From: a virus
Length of the DNA: 64,000 nucleotides
Reading direction: 5' to 3' (one strand)
UHGV virus genome: UHGV-0332176
Below the pieces are notes generated by a model. That model had not been told where the DNA came from. It made no database searches and saw only the letters and a list, made by a program, of their open reading frames with translations. Below, piece by piece: positions 9,144-19,659 of the stretch. Numbering within the stretch: the first letter of the stretch is position 1; each line of letters opens with the position of its first letter. The position numbers were made by a program, and so were the translations under genes.

Positions 9144-9447
9144 GGAATTTAAAATGGTAGAATTTAGTGAATATAGTTTATATACAAATACTCCTGTTAA
9201 TCAATTTTATCGTGGATATTATCAACCGATTGATATTCCAAAAGATTCAAGTGATTTATTTATATTAATTCCATCTGAATATCATCATAAACCAGGTAAA
9301 ATGGCTTATACAATGTACGGAACAGCAAGATTAAGTTGGATTTTTTCATACTTTAATAGAGAAATTATATCTGACCCATTATTTGATTTTGAAGAAGGTT
9401 TAATTATTCGTTGCCCAACAAAAGAACGTGTTATGTCTTATTTTTAA
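9118..9447 (+). CDS. hypothetical structural-module protein
   Basis: 109-aa ORF translationally coupled within the late block. Confidence 0.5.
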   Translation: MIELVGLGKEFKMVEFSEYSLYTNTPVNQFYRGYYQPIDIPKDSSDLFILIPSEYHHKPGKMAYTMYGTARLSWIFSYFNREIISDPLFDFEEGLIIRCPTKERVMSYF

Positions 9448-9458
9448 AGGTTAATTAA

Positions 9459-11606
9459 ATGGCATTTTATGATGAACAAGTAGAAAAAGAATTAAAACAA
9501 TGGAATTATCAGCCTAATTTGTTACAATTTTATGATAATGTAACATATAATATTCGTTGGTATATGATTCCACAAGATATACACGATTATATTGTTGAAC
9601 AAAATAAAAAAGGATTAAATTCTGTTTATGTTCCAGATAGTTCAAAAATTATCATTATGGAAACAGGAGTTAGTTCAAATTATTCTTTAAATAGCTTAAC
9701 AATGCGAAATGCATTTGGAGTTATTGGGTCAGATAATTCAATTAATATTAATATGGATATGTCTTTAATTGAAGTAAATGGTTGTTCATTATTTAATAAA
9801 ATTACTGCTATTTCAAAGTTATTAGGTTATGAAAATCCAATGCAACAACCTTTCTTTGTAGATATTTGGTTTTCAGGGTATGAACCACCAAAAAATACAC
9901 CAATAAATCCTATTGGTGGAATAATTACTTATAGCACAATTATTACATCTTGTAATTCAGATACTGTTGATTCTGGTACAAGCTGGCAAATTAAAATGGT
10001 TGGTTCTTCAATGGGAATTGTAACTAAAGATATTAGTTTATTAAATAATATTGCTCCAATTAAAGCAATTACTGTTGAAGATTTTAGAAAGAGTTTAGAA
10101 GAACAAATTAATTTACAATATTTTAATTTACATCCTGAATTAAGAAAATATTTTCCATCGGAAGATTTTGTAACAATTAAATTGTATTCTTCAGAAGAAT
10201 TTTTAAATGATACAACACAATATCAAGATAATCAAACTCATATTAATAATGAAAAAGATTTTAATTCAGTATATGGTTATGATTGGACTTTAAAAAATAC
10301 AAAAAATGGAACATTAGTTAATAATGGAGTAATGTATTCTACAACAAATGATGGAAAATATATTCCAATTGGTTCTGCTATTCCTCAAACAACTCCTGAA
10401 AAAGAAAGACAATACACACCTTATAATAATTTTAAAGAATGTATTTTTGATAAAGTTGGTGAAAATATTGATACTGCTAATAAAGGTCAATTAGTAATGA
10501 AAATGGATAATAACCAATTATTAGAAAATATTTTTCAAGAAGTTTGTTCATTATCTCCACAATTAAGAGATAGGGTTGCAAAAGTTATTTTTAATTCTAA
10601 ACCAATTGCTAATCGTGAAGGTCGTGAAATTTATAAATTAACAATGAATGTATTTTTTAAAAAAAATTATTGGTTAAAATGGTTCATTGAAACAAGTAAA
10701 CAATTTTCATATCAAAATAGTAATAATGCTAATGCTATGGCAATTGATGCATATAATAAAACTATACAACAAATGCAATTAGATTCTTTATCTGATATGA
10801 AAATAACTAATGGTTTAAAGAAAAGATATAAATTTTTATTTAATGGAGAAGATACAAGTGTATTAGAATTAAATACAAAAATTGATAAATTATGGTATTT
10901 AAATTCTTCACAAAATTACTTGGCAGATACAATTATTAATACACCAATTACTAATATTGCGTTAGATAATGTTCAACGAATTCAAGATTTAATTGATATT
11001 AAAAAAAATGAAAATGAAAAATTATCTGACCAAGAATCTTTTAAAAAAGTATTAGAAGAACATACTGCATATAAAAATTTAAAAAATATTCGTCAATTAG
11101 CAACAGATAAAAGATTATATGTTGATGATATTTACCATTGTTTAAGTGGTAAAGAAAAAATGAAATTATTAGGTTCTCGTAATGTAACAGTTATGAATGA
11201 CCCATTTGGACAAGCAACAACTGCTTCAAAAACTGGTTCAATTGATTATAATTGTGCAAAAGCAGGATTTGCTAATCTTTATAATACTGGTAATTTAATT
11301 AAATTAAAAATTAAAATTTTAGGAGACCCTTATTGGTTAGATTTATTTTCTGAAAAAAATATTAATGGTGATATAAAAACTATGATGAATTTATCTAATG
11401 CAAAATATTTTGTGTTTGATATGAAAACAGCTGTTGAACAAGATATGAAGGGAAATGGTTTATATGATTTAGAATCAGCCGTTGATATTTCAGGTATATA
11501 TCAAGTTTTATATGTAACAAGTTATTTTGAAAATGGTAAATTTACTCAACATATTGAAGGTTCAATACACGCATCATTTATGCATAGTAATTTTATGAAG
11601 GTTTAA
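9459..11606 (+). CDS. large virion structural protein (putative baseplate)
   Basis: 715-aa ORF in the late block. Confidence 0.55.
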   Translation: MAFYDEQVEKELKQWNYQPNLLQFYDNVTYNIRWYMIPQDIHDYIVEQNKKGLNSVYVPDSSKIIIMETGVSSNYSLNSLTMRNAFGVIGSDNSININMDMSLIEVNGCSLFNKITAISKLLGYENPMQQPFFVDIWFSGYEPPKNTPINPIGGIITYSTIITSCNSDTVDSGTSWQIKMVGSSMGIVTKDISLLNNIAPIKAITVEDFRKSLEEQINLQYFNLHPELRKYFPSEDFVTIKLYSSEEFLNDTTQYQDNQTHINNEKDFNSVYGYDWTLKNTKNGTLVNNGVMYSTTNDGKYIPIGSAIPQTTPEKERQYTPYNNFKECIFDKVGENIDTANKGQLVMKMDNNQLLENIFQEVCSLSPQLRDRVAKVIFNSKPIANREGREIYKLTMNVFFKKNYWLKWFIETSKQFSYQNSNNANAMAIDAYNKTIQQMQLDSLSDMKITNGLKKRYKFLFNGEDTSVLELNTKIDKLWYLNSSQNYLADTIINTPITNIALDNVQRIQDLIDIKKNENEKLSDQESFKKVLEEHTAYKNLKNIRQLATDKRLYVDDIYHCLSGKEKMKLLGSRNVTVMNDPFGQATTASKTGSIDYNCAKAGFANLYNTGNLIKLKIKILGDPYWLDLFSEKNINGDIKTMMNLSNAKYFVFDMKTAVEQDMKGNGLYDLESAVDISGIYQVLYVTSYFENGKFTQHIEGSIHASFMHSNFMKV

Positions 11607-11608
11607 TT

Positions 11609-13579
11609 ATGGCACGTTTAGATACACGTTTAACACAATCTGAAAAACAATCACGTGATAGAACATTTGATAAAAGTCGTATTTATATGGCAGAAGTGAT
11701 GGATACACGTTCTATTTTACGTGGTGGAGAAATTAAAGTTTGGATTTTAAGTTCAAATAATGATAAAGAAAATCCTGTTAATTGGGTAACAGCATATTAT
11801 GCATCATCAATTTATGGAACAACACCTGTTACACCAAATCAAACAAGTAATTATAAATCTGCTCCTATAAGTTTTGGTTCTTGGTTTCCAATGCCTTATA
11901 TTGGTAATTATGTATTCATTTTTTATCCTTGTATTTCGGGAGAAAATTCAAATCCATATTGGTTTTCTTGTCCTGTTAACCCAAATATGAATTTTATGTT
12001 GCCAGGTATTCCTGGTGCATATACATCAAATGAACACGAAACTTTATGTGAATTGAATATGAAATCATCAAATCCTGAAATTAATTCTGATGCATTAGCA
12101 TATCGTAAAGAACAATATCAAGCACCTTATAAACCAATGATAGATGCATTACAACGTCAAGGATTAGATAAAGATAGATTAAGAGGTATTTCAACTGCTG
12201 GTTCAAAACGAGAATCACCAAGTATGTCTTGGGGATATGTTTCACCAACAGGTCATACTATGGTTATTGATGATGGTTGGGTTGAAGATGATAATAAATT
12301 AAATTGGTTAACAGAAACGACCGATAAAAATATTTTAGGTTTGAAAAATGAAAATGGATTAGACCCTTCTCATATTGAAAATTCTAATAGATATAATTCT
12401 GGATTTAGACTTAGAACACGAAATGGTACACAAATTTTAATTTTAGATACTGGTAATATCTATATGATTAATCGTGATGGTACTGCTTGGTTAGAATTAT
12501 CTGATGATGGTTATATTGATTGTTTTTCTGAAAAAGGTATATCTGCTAATACAAATGGGGATATAAATTTTCATTCCGATGGTAGAATTAAAATGGAAGC
12601 GAAACAAGGTTTTACTTTTAAAACTGATGGAGATATATCAATTGAATCAGCAGGAAATATGAATATTTCATCACCTCGTATTGATACTGATAGTATAATT
12701 TCAGCTCCTGAAATAAATGCTAATATTGGTAATATCAAATCATTTATTTCTGCATTAGCTCAAATAAATGGTGTATTTTCGGGAACTTTACAAGGTACAG
12801 CTTTTTATGCAACAAATGCTGGTATTACTCCTGCTCCACAGCCACAGCCATTAACTCCTGAACCAAATGTTCCATATCCTTTAATTGAAGAAGCACAAGA
12901 ACAGATTGGTAAAATTGGTGAAACAATAGAAACAATTGTTTCAAGAATTCCAACTGCTGAACCTTATGGTGGTCACGATAGAAATGATACTATACCAGTA
13001 TTAGATACTTCTTTTAAAGTTCAAACAACAGAATATTATAATTTGGACACACCATTAATTACAAATCAAATTGAAACAACACCATTACCAACTGCATCAA
13101 CAAATAATATACCAATTCCATCAATGCAGTTATCAGAACATTTTACTTTACAAGATTTATGTTCTTCACAAACTGCAACAAAATATGGAATTAATAATAC
13201 TCCATCAAGTGATATTATTGAAAAATTAAAATTATTAGCTAATAATGTTTTAGAACCTATTTATAAACATTATGGAAAAGTAACAGTTAATAGTGGTTAT
13301 AGAGGACCAGCATTGAATAGTGTTGTTGGTGGAGCTTTAACCTCTCAACATTGTAAAGGTGAAGCTGCTGATATTGAAATACTTGGTGTAAATAATTATG
13401 ATTTAGCAGTATGGATAAGAGATAATATTGATTTTGACCAATTAATTCTTGAATTTGCAACTAATTTATCAAGTGACCCGAATAGTGGTTGGGTACACGT
13501 TAGTTATAAATCATCAAATAATAGACATCAATTATTAACAATTAATAATTATGGTACAAAATCTGGATTAATTAAATAA
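11609..13579 (+). CDS. baseplate hub/spike-like protein with a C-terminal peptidase M15 (cell-wall hydrolase) domain
   Basis: The C-terminus NSGYRGPALNSVVGGALTSQHCKGEAADIEI..WVHVSY matches the zinc D-Ala-D-Ala carboxypeptidase/M15 signature (SxHxxGxAxD). The N-terminal part is OB-fold/gpV-like (weak). The position is consistent with a T4 gp5-like tail lysin. Confidence 0.6.
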   Translation: MARLDTRLTQSEKQSRDRTFDKSRIYMAEVMDTRSILRGGEIKVWILSSNNDKENPVNWVTAYYASSIYGTTPVTPNQTSNYKSAPISFGSWFPMPYIGNYVFIFYPCISGENSNPYWFSCPVNPNMNFMLPGIPGAYTSNEHETLCELNMKSSNPEINSDALAYRKEQYQAPYKPMIDALQRQGLDKDRLRGISTAGSKRESPSMSWGYVSPTGHTMVIDDGWVEDDNKLNWLTETTDKNILGLKNENGLDPSHIENSNRYNSGFRLRTRNGTQILILDTGNIYMINRDGTAWLELSDDGYIDCFSEKGISANTNGDINFHSDGRIKMEAKQGFTFKTDGDISIESAGNMNISSPRIDTDSIISAPEINANIGNIKSFISALAQINGVFSGTLQGTAFYATNAGITPAPQPQPLTPEPNVPYPLIEEAQEQIGKIGETIETIVSRIPTAEPYGGHDRNDTIPVLDTSFKVQTTEYYNLDTPLITNQIETTPLPTASTNNIPIPSMQLSEHFTLQDLCSSQTATKYGINNTPSSDIIEKLKLLANNVLEPIYKHYGKVTVNSGYRGPALNSVVGGALTSQHCKGEAADIEILGVNNYDLAVWIRDNIDFDQLILEFATNLSSDPNSGWVHVSYKSSNNRHQLLTINNYGTKSGLIK

Positions 13580-13588
13580 GGATAAAAT

Positions 13589-14737
13589 ATGGCAAATGGA
13601 AATGATTCTGCAATTGTTGAAAATGGTGGTGAATTAAATACAGATGATTATAGTGATATTAAATTAATTAATAAAATTGAATATGATTCTTTAGAAGATA
13701 CTGAAAAACCTTTATGGGTTAGATATTCTCCATCATTGCAAAGTCAAGCATATGCACAATGGATTGCTGCCCAAAATGAAATGGTAAAAATATTTGGAGA
13801 ATTAGGTCCAGTTTTTGATAAGTTAATGCCATTTACAAAAGGCGGAATGACATTACAACCAATTCCGTTAACAAATTTAATAAATGCTATTAAATCTGTT
13901 ACATCTATTGCTGAAACTATGGGAAGTGTTGTTGAATCAATTGCTTCTGCTCCAGTTATTAGTGTTGTAGCCGAACCTTTAAGAAATTTATTTGGATTAA
14001 TTGGTGCATTAGGTGGAATGATTTATGCCTTATATATGAATCCTTATCAATTTATTGAACCTTATGTGTCAGCTATTAAAGCAGTAGATTTATCAAATTT
14101 AAAAGAACAATTTAATGCAGAAACAACTCCTAATTTAGATTTATATACAACAAAAGTTGAAGAAATTCCAATTCCAGACCCTGATATTAAAGCAGAAATT
14201 GAAGCAGCTAAAAATCAAATTAAAAATTTAAAACCAACTGCTGAAGATATGCTTGCTACTGCTGAAGCATTAGATGAAGCAGCTAAGGCATTAGAAGGAA
14301 TTCCTGAAACATTACAAGCTGTGGCTACAATGGGATGTTCTTGGGCATTTAATGCTGCATTAGATGAATTTAATATTAAATTTGACCAAACAAAATTACC
14401 AAATGTTGACCCAAATAATCAAGCAATGCAATGGGCTAATAATGTTAATACTTTAGTTAATAAATTACCTGCAAAATATATTAAAGTATCTGATTTAGAA
14501 AAATTAAAATCGCAAGAAAAACCTCAACAAACTCCAATACCACCAACTCCAGATACAAATGAAGATTATTTAAATGGTATTAATGATGGATATATTATTG
14601 GTCGTGGGGGAAATGATGGAGCATTTTTAGAAAAAACTATTCAACAAATGTCATATAAAAGTGATGAATATATTAAAGGTATGCGAGAAGGTTGGAATGA
14701 AGGGTATGATGATTATTTAAAATATGGAAATAAATAA
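13589..14737 (+). CDS. hypothetical virion protein with central hydrophobic segments
   Basis: 382-aa ORF. Contains VISVVAEPLRNLFGLIGALGGMIYALY. Confidence 0.5.
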   Translation: MANGNDSAIVENGGELNTDDYSDIKLINKIEYDSLEDTEKPLWVRYSPSLQSQAYAQWIAAQNEMVKIFGELGPVFDKLMPFTKGGMTLQPIPLTNLINAIKSVTSIAETMGSVVESIASAPVISVVAEPLRNLFGLIGALGGMIYALYMNPYQFIEPYVSAIKAVDLSNLKEQFNAETTPNLDLYTTKVEEIPIPDPDIKAEIEAAKNQIKNLKPTAEDMLATAEALDEAAKALEGIPETLQAVATMGCSWAFNAALDEFNIKFDQTKLPNVDPNNQAMQWANNVNTLVNKLPAKYIKVSDLEKLKSQEKPQQTPIPPTPDTNEDYLNGINDGYIIGRGGNDGAFLEKTIQQMSYKSDEYIKGMREGWNEGYDDYLKYGNK

Positions 14738-14785
14738 TTGACTTTTTAATTAAATTATTTTAAATTTAATTAAAGGAGAATATTT

Positions 14786-15088
14786 ATGGTTGATATTGAA
14801 AAAATTAAAAAATTAAGTAAAGAATATAATTCATTAAAAGCAATGGAAGACCAACTTGAATGGGTAAAAAATCATCAAAAAGATGTTAAATTACAATTAG
14901 ATAATGATATGACATTTCCTGTATTTGTTGATGAATATAATAATACAATTTGGGCAATGGACTATGAAGATTCTGGTTTAACCGATGAAGATATAGAATT
15001 AAATGAATTCACTTGGTATTTAGGCTGGAATGATGGGGTAAAAATTTTATTAGAATGTTACGGAATTAAAAATTGGGAAGAAGTATAA
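14786..15088 (+). CDS. hypothetical protein
   Basis: 100-aa ORF with an RBS (aaaggag). Confidence 0.5.
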   Translation: MVDIEKIKKLSKEYNSLKAMEDQLEWVKNHQKDVKLQLDNDMTFPVFVDEYNNTIWAMDYEDSGLTDEDIELNEFTWYLGWNDGVKILLECYGIKNWEEV

Positions 15089-15550
15089 ATGTTAAAAATT
15101 ATTAATGGTAATATTTTTGATGGTAATGAAGATATAATATGTCATCAAACAAATTGTTTAGGAATAATGGGTGGTGGAATTGCATTACAAGTTAAAAAAT
15201 TATATCCTAATGTTTATAATGAATATAGTAATTTATGTAAAGATTATAAAGAAAATCCATCTCAATTATTAGGATATACACAATTTGTTAAAACACCTGA
15301 TGACAGAATAATTGCTAATTGTTTTGGTCAATTGGGAATTGGTGCAACAGTACAAACACATTATATGGCATTAGCTATGTCTTTAGCATCGGTCTATCGT
15401 AAAGCAATTCAAGAAAATTTATCAGTTGCTATTCCATATAATATTGGATGTGGTTTAGCAGGTGGTGATTGGAATATTGTTTATGAAATAATTTCTAAAT
15501 TATTTAAAAATACAGATATTAATTGTGTATTATATAAATTTCAGGGTTAA
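15089..15550 (+). CDS. macro domain protein (ADP-ribose binding or hydrolase)
   Basis: INGNIFDGNEDIICHQTNCLGIMGGGIALQVKK matches the macro-domain N-terminal signature (GDIT..D.IVNAAN..L.GGGGV..AI). Confidence 0.6.
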   Translation: MLKIINGNIFDGNEDIICHQTNCLGIMGGGIALQVKKLYPNVYNEYSNLCKDYKENPSQLLGYTQFVKTPDDRIIANCFGQLGIGATVQTHYMALAMSLASVYRKAIQENLSVAIPYNIGCGLAGGDWNIVYEIISKLFKNTDINCVLYKFQG

Positions 15551-15556
15551 TTAAAT

Positions 15557-15997
15557 ATGGCAAAAGAATATAAAAATGATATTTTTGAAGTAATTAAACA
15601 AATTGATAGAAAAAATTATAATTATTATGATTCTTTAACTGATGAACAAAAAAAAGAAATTCAACCTTATACTTTAATGCGTTGGATGTCAACTGTTTCA
15701 GATGAACAGTCACATCAAAAATATAATATAACTATTAATAATAATGTAAATAAGTATTTTTGGGAATTATCCAAATATAAAGATTTACAATTTAAATTAT
15801 TATGTACTTCTGGACAAAGTGGATTTAATAGACATCAATGGATTCCAATTTCTAAAACATTAAATGATAAAACTTTAAATTCTATTAAAGAATATTTTCA
15901 AGGATTAACTTCTCAAGAAATTCAAATGAAGTATCAAAAAATGTCTAAAGAAGAAATTAAAGATATTCAAAATTTTTTGGGTTCTAATATAAAATAA
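15557..15997 (+). CDS. hypothetical protein
   Basis: 146-aa ORF. Confidence 0.5.
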   Translation: MAKEYKNDIFEVIKQIDRKNYNYYDSLTDEQKKEIQPYTLMRWMSTVSDEQSHQKYNITINNNVNKYFWELSKYKDLQFKLLCTSGQSGFNRHQWIPISKTLNDKTLNSIKEYFQGLTSQEIQMKYQKMSKEEIKDIQNFLGSNIK

Positions 15998-16026
15998 ATA
16001 CTTATATATAAATAAAAGGACCTATT

Positions 16027-16527
16027 ATGGAAATATACACCGATGGTAGCCACTCTTTAAAACCAAGAATGAGTGGGGTCGGTGCGGTCATTTTAAATAA
16101 TGGAAAAGAACACCAAATAGGTGGTTATACAGATAGATGTGCTGATAATAATGTGGCAGAAGTTATTGCAATAGCTTATGCCATAAAATATATTAAAGAC
16201 CATAAAATTGTTGATAATACAAAAGATAAAAATATTATCATTTATTCAGATTCTGCTAATGCATTACGAAAAATACATCAATTATCACCTGGTAAAGATG
16301 AATTTGAACAACAAGCATTAGATTTTATTCAAGATTTCTTACAAACAACATCTAAAAAAGTTACTTTATTTCAAATTAAAGGACACGTTCACGATGGGAC
16401 AAAAATAGCCTATTATAATAATATTGCTGATGGTTTAGCATCTGATTATCGTTATATAGGTTTAGTAAAACTTCAAAATAAATTATTTAAACAATCTCTT
16501 AAAAATAAAAAATATAAAAATAGATAA
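16027..16527 (+). CDS. ribonuclease H (RNase HI family)
   Basis: YTDGS..GVGAV, NNVAEVIAIAYAI, IIIYSDSANAL and IKGHVHDGTKIAYYNNIADGLA match the catalytic motifs of RNase HI. Confidence 0.7.
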   Translation: MEIYTDGSHSLKPRMSGVGAVILNNGKEHQIGGYTDRCADNNVAEVIAIAYAIKYIKDHKIVDNTKDKNIIIYSDSANALRKIHQLSPGKDEFEQQALDFIQDFLQTTSKKVTLFQIKGHVHDGTKIAYYNNIADGLASDYRYIGLVKLQNKLFKQSLKNKKYKNR

Positions 16528-16535
16528 ATTATCTT

Positions 16536-16570
16536 GACAATATTAAAAATTATGATAATAATATATCATA
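16536..16570 (+). promoter_or_regulatory. sigma70-like promoter
   Basis: atcTTGACAatattaaaaattatgaTAATAAT upstream of 16598. Confidence 0.4.
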
Positions 16571-16597
16571 TTTTTAATTTGTAGAAGAAGAAATTAA

Positions 16598-16984
16598 ATG
16601 TTTGAAAAATTAATAACAAAATTGATTAATTTTCCTCATTGGTGTAAATTAACATTACGTTATTTTATTCAACGTAAAAAATGGGGATTTGATGATACGG
16701 AAACTTGGAATTTAGATTTATCTTTTTATGAATGGTTATTACCAAGATTAAAAAGATTTACTGAATTAACAAATTCATATGATGATTCAAAAAATTCTTT
16801 TGAAAATTGGAAAAAAGAATTAGAAGAAAATATTAAAAAATTAGAATTAATTATTAAATATCAATTTGATGAAGTTAATTTTCCTGTTAATTATCCAAAT
16901 AAATCTTCATTAAATGCATATATTGAAAACCGTCAAGAATTTATGGAATGGTTTGAAAAAAATATTAGTAATTTATGGTGGTAG
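16598..16984 (+). CDS. hypothetical protein
   Basis: 128-aa ORF. Confidence 0.5.
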   Translation: MFEKLITKLINFPHWCKLTLRYFIQRKKWGFDDTETWNLDLSFYEWLLPRLKRFTELTNSYDDSKNSFENWKKELEENIKKLELIIKYQFDEVNFPVNYPNKSSLNAYIENRQEFMEWFEKNISNLWW

Positions 16985-17472
16985 TAATGAAAAACATATT
17001 ATATATTTTTATGAGAAATGATTTGCCTTCAATGAATGTAGGTAAGGCAATGGCACAAGCATCTCACGCTTCAGCACAATTAGTAACAAATTATTCTTCA
17101 AAATTTGAAGATATTAAAAATTGGGCTGAAGAAGGAAAAGGATTTGGAACAACGATTGTTTTAGAGGGTTCTAAAAATTCTATTAGTCATTTATTATTAA
17201 ATGTAATTAATAAAAGATACTCAATAATTACTGGAAATATTATTGATGAAACATATCCATTTAAAGCTCAAAAAGAAATACTTGATTTATTAAATTTTAA
17301 AGATAATGAATATAATATTCAAATTGTAGATGACACAATGGATAAATTTGGTATGATACTTTGTACAAGAAAAGAACATACTTGTTCTTGGATGTTTTTC
17401 CGTGGTAATGAAGATGAACAAGAACATTTTAAAAAATTATGTGAAACATTTAATATTTCACTACATAAGTAA
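16975..17472 (+). CDS. peptidyl-tRNA hydrolase, PTH2 family
   Basis: MRNDLPSMNVGKAMAQASHAS matches the PTH2 motif (M..V.R.DL.M..GK.AAQ..HA). Confidence 0.55.
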   Translation: MVVVMKNILYIFMRNDLPSMNVGKAMAQASHASAQLVTNYSSKFEDIKNWAEEGKGFGTTIVLEGSKNSISHLLLNVINKRYSIITGNIIDETYPFKAQKEILDLLNFKDNEYNIQIVDDTMDKFGMILCTRKEHTCSWMFFRGNEDEQEHFKKLCETFNISLHK

Positions 17473-17481
17473 AGGAATTAT

Positions 17482-17664
17482 ATGAAAGATAAATTTGAAT
17501 ATGAAGAAGTTGAAAAATTTAATGAAGAATTATTAAAAAAACAAAAAGGTGAATATGATTTAAAGCAAGAACGATTGGATGCTATATATAAAAATAAAGA
17601 CAAGTATAGAAATGCAAAAATTGCTGAAAGATTATATCAACAAGCATTAAAAGAAAGAACATAA
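17482..17664 (+). CDS. hypothetical small protein
   Basis: 60-aa ORF with an RBS. Confidence 0.4.
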   Translation: MKDKFEYEEVEKFNEELLKKQKGEYDLKQERLDAIYKNKDKYRNAKIAERLYQQALKERT

Positions 17665-17666
17665 AA

Positions 17667-17855
17667 ATGAATCGTTATGAAAATAATAAAAAAATTCTTA
17701 CAAAAATTGCTGAATTTATTGAGAGATGTCCAGATATGAGATTTATTCAATTATTATGGGCGTTAGGAATTGTTAATTCTGAAGATAGATTTTATGAAGA
17801 ATCAGAAAAAACTGCTGAAATTGTTGAAGAATATTGTAATAAGGTAATGAATTAA
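17667..17855 (+). CDS. hypothetical small protein
   Basis: 62 aa. Confidence 0.4.
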   Translation: MNRYENNKKILTKIAEFIERCPDMRFIQLLWALGIVNSEDRFYEESEKTAEIVEEYCNKVMN

Positions 17856-18175
17856 TGCAGATTTATAAATGTATGATTAATAGATATATTGATAAACACG
17901 GTAGTATTAGAGAATATGTTGGATATATTCATCAAAAAAAGATGTCAACTCCTGAAAATGAAGATAATTTTTTTAATGTAGATGAATTAAATGGAGAAAC
18001 AAATGGTGGATTAGATATTACACTTCCAAAAAATCCTAAACCATATCAATATTATAAACTAGTGTATGATTTAAAAATAGATACAATTGAAGGTTTAGAT
18101 TATCATTCTTCTTTATCTGGACATACAACATATTATTATCCAACAAATTTTAGATTAGAGGAATATAATGAGTAA
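17855..18175 (+). CDS. hypothetical protein
   Basis: 106 aa. Confidence 0.45.
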   Translation: MQIYKCMINRYIDKHGSIREYVGYIHQKKMSTPENEDNFFNVDELNGETNGGLDITLPKNPKPYQYYKLVYDLKIDTIEGLDYHSSLSGHTTYYYPTNFRLEEYNE

Positions 18176-18614
18176 TAGATTTAAATATAGATTATGGAAT
18201 GAACTTGAACAAAACTTTAAATATTATAATTTATTAAATTCCGAAAGTGTATCTGATTTTGGATATGATGTGGAAGAAGATATGTATGATTATAATGAAA
18301 GAGTTACATATAATCATAATGATAAAACATTTGTTTGTTTAGAACAAGGTTGTAATATTATTGATGATGATAATAAAGATTTATATGAAGGTGATATTGT
18401 TAGTGTAACACGATATAATAGTGATTGGACAGATGAAACATCTGATTATATTGGTATTATTAAATACTTTTCAGAATTTAATTCATTAGGAATTAAAACA
18501 ATTGATAAAAGATATAATACCGCATTTGCTATTGATATGCTTATAAAAAATATTAAATTAATTGGAAATATCCATCAAAATAAAGATATTTTAAAGGAAT
18601 ATAATTATGAGTAA
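18168..18614 (+). CDS. hypothetical protein
   Basis: 148 aa. Confidence 0.45.
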   Translation: MSNRFKYRLWNELEQNFKYYNLLNSESVSDFGYDVEEDMYDYNERVTYNHNDKTFVCLEQGCNIIDDDNKDLYEGDIVSVTRYNSDWTDETSDYIGIIKYFSEFNSLGIKTIDKRYNTAFAIDMLIKNIKLIGNIHQNKDILKEYNYE

Positions 18615-19320
18615 TGAATATAAAGATATGCTTTATGATGATATGTATGATAATGCATTTGAATATGCTTATTTTAAGCATCTAAATCAAAGAAGAAAGT
18701 GGACAGATGAACGATACATTAATCACCCAATAAATGTTCAACAAATTATGTGTGAACATATGAATACAATTGATACTTATGGTTGGTTTGATAGATTGGA
18801 AGAAGTAAATATATTTTCTGCCTGCTTGTTGCACGATACTGTTGAAGATACAGATGCAACTTTTGTTGATATTGAAGAAAAATTTGGTATTTATGTTAGA
18901 AATTTAGTTTATTGGTTAACAAATGTTTCAACACCTGAAATGGGTAATAGAGCATATAGGAAGAAAGTTGATTTACAGCATATTCTTCAAGCACCTATTG
19001 AAGCAATTTGTATTAAGTTGGCAGATGTTATTGATAATTGTTCTAATATTGTTAAATCTGAAAAATTTTATAATGATAATTTAAGAAAAGTTACTGAATT
19101 ACCATCAACATTTTCTGAAAAATATCTTAAAGAAAAGAAAACATTTTTAAAAGCATTGTGGAAACTTAAAAAAGAAAAATTTGATGTGGATTATGAAAAA
19201 TTAGAAGATAATACACCATCTAAAATGTTTTTAAAAAAATGGTTAATTGTTTTTAATAAATTATATAATGATTGTCAAAAAATTGTTGATGAGCAAATGA
19301 AATTATTAAATAATTCTTAA
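18607..19320 (+). CDS. HD-domain phosphohydrolase, RelA/SpoT-type (small alarmone hydrolase-like)
   Basis: YINHPINVQQIM..ACLLHDTVEDTDATFVDIEEKFG matches the SpoT/Mesh1 HD hydrolase motifs (HP..VA, LLHDVVEDT, FG). Confidence 0.6.
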   Translation: MSNEYKDMLYDDMYDNAFEYAYFKHLNQRRKWTDERYINHPINVQQIMCEHMNTIDTYGWFDRLEEVNIFSACLLHDTVEDTDATFVDIEEKFGIYVRNLVYWLTNVSTPEMGNRAYRKKVDLQHILQAPIEAICIKLADVIDNCSNIVKSEKFYNDNLRKVTELPSTFSEKYLKEKKTFLKALWKLKKEKFDVDYEKLEDNTPSKMFLKKWLIVFNKLYNDCQKIVDEQMKLLNNS

Positions 19321-19623
19321 TCCATTTTTCCAATAAAATTCTAAATCATCATCTGAATCATAACGAATTTTGGCAAATTGTAAATGAGAAATAGCATCTT
19401 GCGGTGAAATATTAAACCATTCACCGCAAGATTTTTTATCTTTTAAATCTCTATGAATTAAATGTTCAATTATTCTAACTTTAGAATCTTGTACTTCTTC
19501 TTTATAATATAATTGAAGTTTATTCATATTTCCTGTTTGTAATTGTTTTAATCGTTTTTCAGGAGTTTTTGAAAAACCTATTTTTACTTGATTTTCTGTG
19601 CCTATGACATATATATAACTCAT
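19306..19623 (-). CDS. T5orf172 / GIY-YIG-like domain protein (homing-endonuclease-like)
   Basis: The N-terminal SYIYVIGTENQVKIGFSKTPEKRLKQLQTG matches the T5orf172 (GIY-YIG-related) motif. Confidence 0.5.
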   Translation of the reverse strand: MSYIYVIGTENQVKIGFSKTPEKRLKQLQTGNMNKLQLYYKEEVQDSKVRIIEHLIHRDLKDKKSCGEWFNISPQDAISHLQFAKIRYDSDDDLEFYWKNGLRII

Positions 19624-19659
19624 AAAAATATTTATTTTACATTTTTTTAAAAAAAGTTC

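Noticed and set aside
16027-16527. Possibility that the RNase H is a T4-type FEN/RNase H (rnh)
   Set aside because: The motifs match the RNase HI (DEDD) fold rather than the FEN fold, so it is called RNase HI family.
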